Assembly: GCA_965237565.1 (NCBI GenBank)
Contig: OZ250145.1
Span: 955,529-1,019,528 of the forward strand
Direction: 5' to 3'
From: Bdellovibrionales bacterium
Lineage (GTDB): Bacteria; Bdellovibrionota; Bdellovibrionia; Bdellovibrionales; UBA1609
Length of the DNA stretch: 64,000 nt
Below, in pieces: positions 18,485 to 27,870 of the stretch. Every line of letters begins with the position of its first letter. The first letter of the stretch is position 1. A program made the position numbers and the translations under genes. The notes below the pieces were generated by a model, which had not been told where the DNA came from, searched no databases, and was given only the letters and a program-made list of their open reading frames with translations.

Positions 18485-20015
18485 GCCTCTTAGTTATTTA
18501 AAGGATCAAAAGCAAAAATTGAACCCATTAGCGACTGTTGAACAGGCGATGGCAATCGATCGATTGGCCCAAGAGCAATATGGTATTTCAGCAGAGATTT
18601 TGATGGAATCAGCGGGAGCTTTATCCGCGAGAGAAATTTTCTCTCATGAAAAAGCCAAAGAGTGGACCAAGTCTTCAGTCACGATTCTTTGCGGACCGGG
18701 AAACAATGGTGGGGACGGCTTGGTTCTTGCTCGACATTTGCTCTGTAGTGGCATAGATGTTCTGGTTTTTTGTCCCAAAGATTGCAAATCCTCCTTGCTA
18801 AAAACACAAAAAAAAAGACTCATCTCCCAGGGATTAACTCTTCACTCCGTTCAGGACATGGAGGAGATAAAAAAAGCCTGCTCTCGTTCCTCTTTGATCA
18901 TAGACGCTCTTTTTGGAATTGGGCTTTCAAAAAATATTGAGAACTTTTATTTTGATCTTATCTGTTTCCTAAACGAAAGAAAAAATCCTCTTATCTCCTT
19001 AGACATTCCCTCTGGCTTGAATGCGAACAGGGGTCTTGCGATGGGGATAAGCGTTCATGCTGATGCAACAATTAGTTTTGGTTTTGCAAAGCCTGGTTTT
19101 TACTTGATGGATGGTCCTTCGTTTGTAGGCGAGTTGTGTATTTTACTGATTGGTTTTCCTCGTAAACTTTTTTACGAGCAAGCAAACACTCATTTTTTGA
19201 TCGATGAGCCATGGGTAGTCTCTCAATTGCCAAAACGCTTGCCAACCGATCACAAAGCTTGTCAAGGGCATTTGCTTGTTTGTGCTGGTAGGGAGGGATT
19301 TTGGGGTGCTGGTCAACTCGCAGCCTTATCTGCTTATCGAATGGGTTCAGGTTATGTGACTTGGGCAGGAGGGGATGGCAGGGAGCATCCGCCTATTGAA
19401 GGGCTCAGTGATGTTTTGACAAAGTCGATTTCTGACAAAGATCTTTTTTCAAAAAAGCAGGCTGTGGTCATTGGCCCAGGCTTAGGAGTGGGAGAGGTAA
19501 CAAAAAAATTGTTGCTCGATTTGAAGCAAAAAAAAATTCCTGTTGTCGTAGACGCAGATGCTTTTACTCTTTGTGTGAATGAGAATTTGTTTCCTCTGCC
19601 TTCTCACTGGATTGTTACCCCCCATAGCGGAGAGCTGGCTTCTTTGTTTCATGTAAAGGGAGAAGACATTGACCAAGATCGCACTCATTATGCCCAAGAA
19701 GCCAGTCAAAAAACAGGTGCTTTGGTTTTGTTAAAAGGATTTCATTCCGTTTTGGCCTCAAAAGATTCTTGTTGGATTGTGCCGACTGGAAACTCCGCTT
19801 TGGCCAAAGCAGGCACGGGGGATGTGTTGGCAGGATTCATAGGTGCTTTGTTGGCTCGCGGGCTTTCTTCTTTTTCCGCTACAGCAGTGGCTAGTTTCGT
19901 ACACGGAAAGCTAGCCGATGAATGGGTTTTATCTGGAAAGGATCGAGATAGCTTGATGGCTCAGGATTTAAAAGAACTTTTACCACTTGTTTTAAAAAAA
20001 TTGAGAAAAGAATAA
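18477..20015 (+). CDS. nnr: Bifunctional NAD(P)H-hydrate epimerase/dehydratase (YjeF)
   Basis: YjeF_N 'GPGNNGGDGLV'. C-terminal carbohydrate-kinase motif 'GTGDVLAG'. Start overlaps the glmM stop. Confidence 0.9.
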   Translation: MSKPLSYLKDQKQKLNPLATVEQAMAIDRLAQEQYGISAEILMESAGALSAREIFSHEKAKEWTKSSVTILCGPGNNGGDGLVLARHLLCSGIDVLVFCPKDCKSSLLKTQKKRLISQGLTLHSVQDMEEIKKACSRSSLIIDALFGIGLSKNIENFYFDLICFLNERKNPLISLDIPSGLNANRGLAMGISVHADATISFGFAKPGFYLMDGPSFVGELCILLIGFPRKLFYEQANTHFLIDEPWVVSQLPKRLPTDHKACQGHLLVCAGREGFWGAGQLAALSAYRMGSGYVTWAGGDGREHPPIEGLSDVLTKSISDKDLFSKKQAVVIGPGLGVGEVTKKLLLDLKQKKIPVVVDADAFTLCVNENLFPLPSHWIVTPHSGELASLFHVKGEDIDQDRTHYAQEASQKTGALVLLKGFHSVLASKDSCWIVPTGNSALAKAGTGDVLAGFIGALLARGLSSFSATAVASFVHGKLADEWVLSGKDRDSLMAQDLKELLPLVLKKLRKE

Positions 20016-20055
20016 AATCAAAGAGCTAGTATTTAAAAATGTAAGCGAAAAAGAC

Positions 20056-20469
20056 ATGGCACTTGTTGTCCTTCAGGTGAAAGAGCTATTTCAAAAACCG
20101 CAAGCACTTTTGCTTTCTGGCAGTTTGGGTTCTGGTAAAACAAGCTTTGTTCGTTATCTTTTAGAGATTGACAAGAAACTTGCAAAAAAAATTTCTTCGC
20201 TTGTTCTCTCTCCAACATTCACCATACAAAACACATACCAAACTTTTGTTTTCGGACATGTACAGCATTTCGATCTTTATCGCATAAAAAATGACGAAGA
20301 TTTGGAATCAACAGGATTTTGGGATGTGTTTTCCCAGAAAAAAGATTTGTTGATCATTGAGTGGGCAGATCGTCTCAATATGAGAAACCTTCCCCCGGAT
20401 TGGAATTATTTACAGCTTTTTTTTTCCTTCGGTGAAAAAAAAGGAACCCGTCACATAAAGATAAAGTAG
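20056..20469 (+). CDS. tsaE: tRNA t6A37 biosynthesis ATPase TsaE
   Basis: P-loop 'GSLGSGKTSFVR', 'SPTFT', 'HFDLYR'. 137 aa. Confidence 0.85.
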   Translation: MALVVLQVKELFQKPQALLLSGSLGSGKTSFVRYLLEIDKKLAKKISSLVLSPTFTIQNTYQTFVFGHVQHFDLYRIKNDEDLESTGFWDVFSQKKDLLIIEWADRLNMRNLPPDWNYLQLFFSFGEKKGTRHIKIK

Positions 20470-20510
20470 CTATTGACTTATCTAGGGTCTTCTTCTTACA
20501 ATTTTTCAAG

Positions 20511-23399
20511 GTGGTTTATATGCTAGGATTGCTGATTATTTTCTGTAGGGAAGCTTTCGCTCGTTTCTTCTTGTTTCTATCTCTCAAAAACTTGTTCTCC
20601 CAATCAGGAGTGGGTCTAATTGGTGTAATGATCTCCGCCGCTGTGATGGTACCAGTGGCCTTGGTTTCAGTTCAGATTCATAAAAATATGTTGGTAGCAC
20701 AAAAGGACGTGGAGAGAAGATACTCTGTGGATCATTTGTTTCAAGATATTAGGTCTGAGCTAGGAGATACAGTGATTTGTACTCGGACCTTACGAACTTA
20801 TTTAGTAGATATGAAACTTCCAACAGAAGAAGAGGGGACTGCGGATTTGCCTTCCATAAAGACCAAGGATGGAACGGGTGATCTTCATGTGAAAGGAGGT
20901 ATTTACGAGGGCGGGAATGCAAAAATAAAGGAGATGGAAGTGTCACATCTTACGAGAGATACTTCAGGAGGCAACACAGGGACGGCAATTTTTACGGCAC
21001 ATTTTGAAAAGGGTAGCGCGGAGCAGGTAGGTTTGACAGACTTTAAACCTAGGGATTTGGAGTTAATGGTGGTTATGAACCTAGATGTAGCAGGAGAGCC
21101 GACAACTGTGAAAAGGTGCTGGGCTAAGTTTGCTGGACAAAATCTATCCTTATTAGAATCCTGCAAGGGTCGGATTGATTTTGTGAAGAACAATTGCCCT
21201 TATACCATGCCTCCTTGGTTATCATCAGCTAGTACATCGGATGAGATTGTTGAGCTTACCGGTGATAATGAGGTGATTTGGCACGAGGGTACTTGGAATG
21301 ATGGCACTTGGTGTACCTCTTCAACAAAATTGGAGCACTGTTTGTGGAAGGGAGGAACTTGGACCTCGGGGACTTGGAATAATGGTATCTGGCAAGCGGG
21401 TGAATGGTTTGGTTCTCCTGTTGATGGTGCTGATTGGAAAGCTGGTTTGTGTAAGGACAAAACACACCCCACTCCACCTCCTATCGTATGTTACGATCCA
21501 TGTGTTCCAACTGCTCCAGTCGCAACAGAAGGACATTGTGTGGTTTCAAAAGGACGTAGACACAGTGAGAAAGCTAGTGATGCTGTGACTACTTGTGAAG
21601 CTGGTTACCTAGGTAAATGTGAATCCGAATGCAATAATGGGAATTGGTTAAAAACTAGTAGATATAATGATGATGACTATTGCCATTTGCCAAGGAAATG
21701 TAGTGCAAAAACTATTAGTAGTCTTGATTGTTCACTCAAAGAGGTTGAACATGAGGGTACATCGGGAGATTGCAATGAGGGCTATGCAGGAAAATGCAAG
21801 CACAAATGCAATGATGAAACTTGGGAATATCTTCCTCTTACCAGCTATGATCCAGTTCGGATATCGTACGATGATCTTGTTAGAGGGACCTATGAAGAAT
21901 CTTACAATCACGCATGTCGTCCATTCAACACATGTTCTGGTAGCACCTTAGTAGCTGGCTCCAGAAGTTGCCATTCTGTGAATCCTTCTTCTGGTGTTAA
22001 GCATGGTGAGAAAGCCTCTGGGACATGTGGGCCTGGCTATGTGGGAGAATGTGGCTACACTTGTGTGGATGGTCGTTGGAATAGTCCTGGTTTTCATCAT
22101 ACCTGTCGCCTAGGCAAATCGTGTAGTGGAACTCGCAAGGGGGGAAGATGCAACTTAACTGTCGCTTCTCACGGAGTAACAACAAGAGGGCGTTGCGAAG
22201 ACTTCGGTAGTTGTAGATATAGGTGCCACGACGGTGAGTGGGAGCCTTCCACTGATACTTGTCGTGCAGGAAGGTCATGCAGCAATACTTCATTCAGAGA
22301 TTCTTCCTGTAAAGTGCTTGTTACTTCTCACGGTGACAAGTCAGGCACATGTGCATCAGACTACGTAGGAGAGTGCAAATTTAAATGTTTTGACTCTATC
22401 TGGAAGGATACATCCCCTGCTACCTCCAACACTTGTCGTTTGCCTAACAATTGTTTGGGAGATAAGATGATCGAGTATTGTTCGCTCGCAAGTGTTGGTA
22501 GTGGTAGAAGTTCAGGAACATGTCCATATGGTGGTGAGTGTAGCTACACCTGCAATGATGGTAGATGGACAAAATCTTTGAACACTTGCGGGGTACCGAG
22601 GACTTGTGATTCTGAGATAGTTGGTTTTTGCAATATGTATCACACCTTAGCCAAGCACGATAAAACATACCAGGGTCTTTGTACGGTCGGGTCCATCTAC
22701 GGCTATTGTGGGTATAAATGTAATGATGGCAACTGGGAAAAGGTTCGCTCTGAGTGTGGCTGTAACACTGAAACAAAGGATAACTGTAATGTGAGAATAA
22801 CTCAGCACGACACAGTCCAAGCAGGTACTTGCGCAGAGGGTTATACGGGTGAGTGTTCGTACGAGTGCAATGACGGTACTTGGCAGAGTGCTTCCACCGA
22901 TTTTTGTTCTGCCACATGTGTTGCAACAACCACAAGTGATAACTGTGAGTTGTCTGCTAGTGAGCATGGTCAGTCAGGAGGAGAATGTGCTGGTGGTTAC
23001 ACCGGTGGTTGTAGATATGAATGTGTTAATGGCACTTGGAAGAAGATGATTGTAGATAGCGAAGGAGGAGGTGGTTCATTATGTCAACCTGCTGTTTGGT
23101 GTGATGGGACTTGGGGATATAACCACTGTCAACTGCTGCCGAGGATTCATGGTAAGACATCAGGAAGATGTATACTTGGTGGTGGATGTAGCTACACGTG
23201 TGTCAATGGTACTTGGAGTAAGAATAGCAATACTTGCGTACATTGTAGTACTTATTGTCAGAGAAAAAAGAACACTTGCTGTGCGGAAAGAGTATATCGT
23301 ATGCATGGTAGTAGTACGACGAGATGTGCGCGGAACTCAGGAGCGTGTGACGGCACCTACAACAATTGTATGAACTCTTACAGGTGCTCTCCTCGGTAA
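20511..23399 (+). CDS. Cysteine-rich tandem-repeat protein with a hydrophobic pilin-like N-terminal anchor; function unknown
   Basis: 962-aa ORF. The N-terminal hydrophobic segment is 'GVGLIGVMISAAVMVPVAL'. GxW pentads are followed by about 10 tandem ~50-60-aa modules of the form C..(H)G...G.C..GY.G.C.Y.C.DG.W....C....C. Confidence 0.7.
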   Translation: MVYMLGLLIIFCREAFARFFLFLSLKNLFSQSGVGLIGVMISAAVMVPVALVSVQIHKNMLVAQKDVERRYSVDHLFQDIRSELGDTVICTRTLRTYLVDMKLPTEEEGTADLPSIKTKDGTGDLHVKGGIYEGGNAKIKEMEVSHLTRDTSGGNTGTAIFTAHFEKGSAEQVGLTDFKPRDLELMVVMNLDVAGEPTTVKRCWAKFAGQNLSLLESCKGRIDFVKNNCPYTMPPWLSSASTSDEIVELTGDNEVIWHEGTWNDGTWCTSSTKLEHCLWKGGTWTSGTWNNGIWQAGEWFGSPVDGADWKAGLCKDKTHPTPPPIVCYDPCVPTAPVATEGHCVVSKGRRHSEKASDAVTTCEAGYLGKCESECNNGNWLKTSRYNDDDYCHLPRKCSAKTISSLDCSLKEVEHEGTSGDCNEGYAGKCKHKCNDETWEYLPLTSYDPVRISYDDLVRGTYEESYNHACRPFNTCSGSTLVAGSRSCHSVNPSSGVKHGEKASGTCGPGYVGECGYTCVDGRWNSPGFHHTCRLGKSCSGTRKGGRCNLTVASHGVTTRGRCEDFGSCRYRCHDGEWEPSTDTCRAGRSCSNTSFRDSSCKVLVTSHGDKSGTCASDYVGECKFKCFDSIWKDTSPATSNTCRLPNNCLGDKMIEYCSLASVGSGRSSGTCPYGGECSYTCNDGRWTKSLNTCGVPRTCDSEIVGFCNMYHTLAKHDKTYQGLCTVGSIYGYCGYKCNDGNWEKVRSECGCNTETKDNCNVRITQHDTVQAGTCAEGYTGECSYECNDGTWQSASTDFCSATCVATTTSDNCELSASEHGQSGGECAGGYTGGCRYECVNGTWKKMIVDSEGGGGSLCQPAVWCDGTWGYNHCQLLPRIHGKTSGRCILGGGCSYTCVNGTWSKNSNTCVHCSTYCQRKKNTCCAERVYRMHGSSTTRCARNSGACDGTYNNCMNSYRCSPR

Positions 23400-23433
23400 G
23401 TATACAATTTGTTCCAGATAATAATAAAAAATC

Positions 23434-24267
23434 AGGGTCTGTTTTTACAGACAATGCAGTTATTCACTGGGGCATGAAGCAAAATAACCGTCTTTATCTT
23501 TACTGTAGTATTTAATGTATTTATATGATTGTAGAACTTCATGGCAGATCGAATTTCCTGTATTGGGAATATCAGAATCTGGATCGGGTATGCAATTATT
23601 TACCATTTGTTTAAAAAAACAATTTTGGTTCAGCAAACAAGTGCCGGTAGAGGGATCATAGATTGCATATAAAGATTCGCAAATTTTTTCATCTTCAAAC
23701 ATTACTTGGCAGGTCTCTACCACATGTGTCACGGGATTTAGGAGAAAAAGTATATCAAACTGATACAGAGGCAATTCAAAGGCTTTCGTGGGCTGAGCTT
23801 CAGGAATAATTTCTGAGAGGAGTTCGATTCTTCCAATAACCAATTTGTATTTTTGCTCCCTGAATAGATATGCTTGGACTGGTACAGAGTTTTTATGTTT
23901 CCAACTGAGGTTTTTAATTCGCCACCTACCATCAATAATGCTTCCAGTTTTAAGTATATTATCTTTTTGTAAATAGCTCCCGGTTTTGTACCCACTAATA
24001 TCAATACTTATTTCGGACTTTTTTGGAGGAACTTCTGTAGAATAGGGAAAAACTTTGCCAGAAAAATTCAATTTGCAAGATTGTTTTAGATAATAATTCA
24101 AACCAGAATAAAAATCATTAGCTTCAGCTTTAGCTAGCACATGCTCTTGAGATTGGAAATTTATTGGATACTAGTTTTCCAACTGCAAAGATCCAGATAG
24201 CAATCAAAATTGGGTCAAAAACTAAGTTCACTGATCTTGATTCAGATTTTAGCATCATCATTATTTT
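23434..24267 (-). pseudogene. Decayed paralogue of the 26702-27649 pilin-like Cys-rich gene
   Basis: Collinear with 26702-27640 but has three defects. A 95-bp deletion near the 3' end lies between 'attca' repeats and shifts the frame. A 1-nt insertion sits near the anchor-coding region. The start-codon region is lost at a junction. Confidence 0.8.
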
Positions 24268-24714
24268 CTTTATACCTATTTTAGTCGTAGGGATTGTCTC
24301 TGGATTGGAACTACCATTACTAATGAAAATCAGGAATAAAATGGAAGAAAAATTTTATGTCTTAGGATTTGATTTTGTGGGTATGTTTGTTGCATCTCTG
24401 TTATTTCCTATATCTTTTTTCACATTGGGGCTTTTTAAAACAGCAACCACTATCTCTATTATCAATCTTCTGGTTACCTATAGGCTTTCTCCCTCGAAAG
24501 AATTTGGTAAGGAAAAATTGATCGTTATATTTTTACTTCTTATCGCTATTTTTTTATGGCTATTCGACAAAAGGTATCTCCAGAAAAGCTATGGAGGGGA
24601 AAGACATCTTCCATCAATGGCACCAGATAGTAGCCCTCTAACGAAACAACAGGAAAGAGCATTAGAAGTGCCAAATAAAGAAAAAAAATAATCACCGAAG
24701 TGATTACTCTTTAT
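24260..24714 (+). pseudogene. Chimeric fragment: 3' half of the 29077-29760 membrane-protein gene fused to the 3' end of the metzincin gene
   Basis: 24260-~24565 matches 29401-~29710. ~24565-24714 matches 25882-26033. The track ORF 24164..24691 reads across both junctions. Confidence 0.8.
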
Positions 24715-24884
24715 TTTGGTTTTTGGCAAAGAATTGTAAAATTTTCTCTGCTACAACATAATTCTGATCGAACATGTGTTTTAAACTACCAGTGCACCAA
24801 GTATATGTACATTTTTAAACTGATAATCACTTTTATTGCTTTCCCCTTCTTTTTTTTCTCTTAACTTTGATATATGATATAAAA

Positions 24885-26039
24885 ATGAAAAAAATAGTAC
24901 AATATCTCCTTCATTTATCACTACTCCTTTTTGTGATGTGGTCATTAGATGTAAAAGTTCAAGCATTTGAGAGACTGAGAATCAAAGTTTTTTTAGGTGG
25001 TAGCTTGAAAGAAAAGGTCCTGCCTCTGGCCACCCCAAATCTTATCCTTGTAGGTAGTAGCCAAGGAACTGATGACACACCAACATTAGAAATTACAAAT
25101 TTAGAAAAGGATGCAAGGGTTAGCTTGTATAAAAACTCTCTTTGTTCTGGTTCTGGTGCCAATATTTTTGTAGATAGCAGTGGAAGATTTACAGTCCCCT
25201 CTGAGCTAGAGACAAGTTATGGAGGTAATTATTATTCTGCCAAACAAACAGTAAATGGAAAAAGCTCTGCTTGCTCTGAGGCCATTTATTATCTCCACTC
25301 TTCCCCGTCAATAAACGGATGGAAGCGCTGGTCCGAGGATATGCTACGTAAAGGTATCACTACTAAAATCAGTACATTTTTTGGCAAGGATCTAGAAGAC
25401 ACCCGAGATTCTCGTGGCATCAATGCTTTTGAACGAATGATGGAGGAGTGGAATAAAAACGGATTGAACGGATTGAACGGTTTTAAAGTTCCAAGCGTTA
25501 GAGTAGATAACATAGATGGACTAGTTTATGAGAATGGTGTAGTGTCAATTCATGTCAACCAACGAGATTTACCTATCTACACCCCTGATGTAATAGCCCG
25601 GGCCTTCCGTAGAATGATAGTTGAATATGAGGGTACTCCTTACGAACACGGACAGATAATCGCTGCTAGTGTTCTAGTGAACTGGAACGCACAATTAGAT
25701 TTTGTCGGCTTTACTTACGATCCTTTAGATATTCGTAACTTTGATTTACCTTCTACCATTCTTCATGAGTTAGGGCATTGCTTGGGTTTAGGGCATTCAC
25801 CTAGTGGTTCTATGTCAATAATGGAAGCATATTTTAGTAGTAATCCCGTCCTTCGAGCTCTGCGAGCTCTCACACCTTATGACAAAAGATATCTCCAGAA
25901 AAGCTATGGAGGAGAAAGACATCCCCCCCCATCAATGGCATCAGCTAACAGCCCTCTAGCGAAGCAGCAGAAAAGAGGATTACAAGCACCAAATAAAGAA
26001 AAAAAAATAATCACCGAAGTAATTACTCTTTATCGCTAG
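24885..26039 (+). CDS. Secreted metzincin-type zinc metalloprotease with an N-terminal Ig-like domain
   Basis: Signal 'MKKIVQYLLHLSLLLFVMWSLDVKVQA'. 'ILHELGHCLGLGHS' is HExxHxxGxxH, followed by 'SIMEAY' (Met-turn). 'TPTLEITNLEKDARVSLYKNSLCSG...SACSEAIYY' is a bacterial Ig-like pattern. Confidence 0.75.
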   Translation: MKKIVQYLLHLSLLLFVMWSLDVKVQAFERLRIKVFLGGSLKEKVLPLATPNLILVGSSQGTDDTPTLEITNLEKDARVSLYKNSLCSGSGANIFVDSSGRFTVPSELETSYGGNYYSAKQTVNGKSSACSEAIYYLHSSPSINGWKRWSEDMLRKGITTKISTFFGKDLEDTRDSRGINAFERMMEEWNKNGLNGLNGFKVPSVRVDNIDGLVYENGVVSIHVNQRDLPIYTPDVIARAFRRMIVEYEGTPYEHGQIIAASVLVNWNAQLDFVGFTYDPLDIRNFDLPSTILHELGHCLGLGHSPSGSMSIMEAYFSSNPVLRALRALTPYDKRYLQKSYGGERHPPPSMASANSPLAKQQKRGLQAPNKEKKIITEVITLYR

Positions 26040-26129
26040 TTCCCCACATAGCTTTTTTAGGTGGTAGCGTGAAAGAAAGGGTCCTGCCTCTGGCTACCCC
26101 AAATCTTAGCATTGTAGGTAGTAGCCATG

Positions 26130-26690
26130 GATGGGATTTATGCTTTTATGGATGCCCATCTGGGAGTGGATCCTGCTAAGGGAATCTTACTTAAAAGGTA
26201 TATTGGTGGGGAGTTGTATTGAAGCAGGTCATTGCCGAGTATATTGTGTTTCCAATATTCCCTTGGATTGGGCTAATATGGTTTTGCCTCAATGGGGAGG
26301 TTATTATCAGAAACCATTTGAAGTAGAGATTTATTGTCTTACCCTTACCCAAAATCCAATTATTTTTTATTCGTATATCACTTCTTTCTAGAGTAAATAT
26401 TTTTCTTTCTCAAATAAAAATTATGCACTGGCTTTGTTCTCTGCTGTAGGTAAAACGTTTTGGAATATGTTATATCACACATTTTATTTTTCTATTTTTG
26501 TACCAAAAGATTTTTTCTTTTTTCGATCTATATGAAACTGATCATTTTTTTAAATTTGCTGAATTATATCTATTCATTGGTGCAATGCAAGCATTCATTC
26601 TTACGGAGTTTTCGATACGGGCAGGAAACTATCTCAAAGAAAGGACCATCTTGCGCTATAAATGTTGATAGACTGTAGAGCTTATTTTTA
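26130..26690 (+). pseudogene. Decayed copy of the 3' half of the acyltransferase-like gene 27871-28968
   Basis: Matches 28300-28975, with an internal deletion (~40 codons) and frameshifts. Track ORFs 26131..26391 and 26460..26678 are its pieces. It is preceded (26052-26130) by a copy of metzincin nt 24988-25066. Confidence 0.8.
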
Positions 26691-26701
26691 TTAAAGTAGC
26701 A

Positions 26702-27649
26702 TTAGGGTCTGCTTTTACAGACAATGCAATTATTCATCTTTAGTCTTACTGAGTAGGTGTTTGTACAATTTTCTCCACAACTTTGCTTTTTTGATCCATA
26801 TAATGTAGTGGAAAAAAGCACAGTTGAATCACTGGGGCATGAAGCAAAATAACCATCTTTATCTTTACTGTTGTATTCAATGTATTTATGTGACTGCAAA
26901 ACCTCGTGGCAGATCGAATTTCCTGTATTGGGAATATCAGAATCTGGATCGGGTATGCAGTTATTAGCCCTGCTTTTAGAAAAACAATTTTGGTTCAATA
27001 AACAAGTACTGGTAGAGGGATCATAGATTGCATGTAAAGATTCGCAAATTTTTTCATCTTCAAACATTACTTGGCAGGTCTCTACCACATGTGTCACAGG
27101 ATTTAGGAGAAAAAGTATATCAAACTGATACAGAGGCAATTCAAAGGCTTCTGCGGGCTGAGCTTCAGGAATAATTTCTGATAAAAGTTCGATTCTTCCA
27201 ATAACCAATTTGTATTTTTGCTCCTTGAATAGATATGCTTGGACTGGTACAGAGTTTTTATGTTTCCAACTAAGCTTTTTAATTCGCCACCTACCATCAA
27301 TAATGCTTCCTGTCTTGAGTATATTATCTTTTTGCAAATAGCTTCCAGTTTTGTACCCATTAATATCAATACTTAGCTCAGAATCCTCAGGAGAGGCTTC
27401 TGTAGAATAGGGAAAAGGTTTGCCAGAAAAATTCAAATCGCAAGATTGTTTTAGATAATAGTCTAAGCCAGAATAAAAATCATTGGCTTCAGCTCTGGCC
27501 AGCACATGGTCTTGAGATTGAAAACTATTGGATACTAATGTTCCAACTGCCAAGATCCAGATAGCAATCAAAATTAGACCAAAAACTAGGCTCACTGAGC
27601 TTGATTCAGGCTTTAATATCATCATTATTTTTGTGTAAAAATTTTTCAT
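26702..27649 (-). CDS. Cys-rich exported protein with a pilin-like N-terminal hydrophobic anchor; function unknown
   Basis: 'MKNFYTKIMMILKPESSSVSLVFGLILIAIWILAVGTLV' is followed by a soluble domain with about 12 Cys. This is the intact paralogue of 23434-24267. The track ORF begins at GTG 27661. Confidence 0.6.
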   Translation of the reverse strand: MKNFYTKIMMILKPESSSVSLVFGLILIAIWILAVGTLVSNSFQSQDHVLARAEANDFYSGLDYYLKQSCDLNFSGKPFPYSTEASPEDSELSIDINGYKTGSYLQKDNILKTGSIIDGRWRIKKLSWKHKNSVPVQAYLFKEQKYKLVIGRIELLSEIIPEAQPAEAFELPLYQFDILFLLNPVTHVVETCQVMFEDEKICESLHAIYDPSTSTCLLNQNCFSKSRANNCIPDPDSDIPNTGNSICHEVLQSHKYIEYNSKDKDGYFASCPSDSTVLFSTTLYGSKKQSCGENCTNTYSVRLKMNNCIVCKSRP

Positions 27650-27870
27650 TCTGGTACCCACATTTAAAAGACCAAAAACTCCGCATGATCGACAAATGGG
27701 ATGCTAACAAATTGGATTGCAATGCACAATCAATATATCACAATATGCATCAAACATCTTTTTCAACAAATAAGTTTTCATTCTGGATTCGAAAAGATAA
27801 TATTGAAGAAAAATTTTCTATTCTAAGAGTTAATTGTAAACTCATGAAGTGAATAGCTGGTTTATTTCTC

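Noticed and set aside
20749-23454. Many alternative-frame and antisense ORFs (60-160 aa) inside the 962-aa gene.
   Set aside because: All are nested within one long ORF that has a coherent repeat architecture. They are by-products of biased composition.
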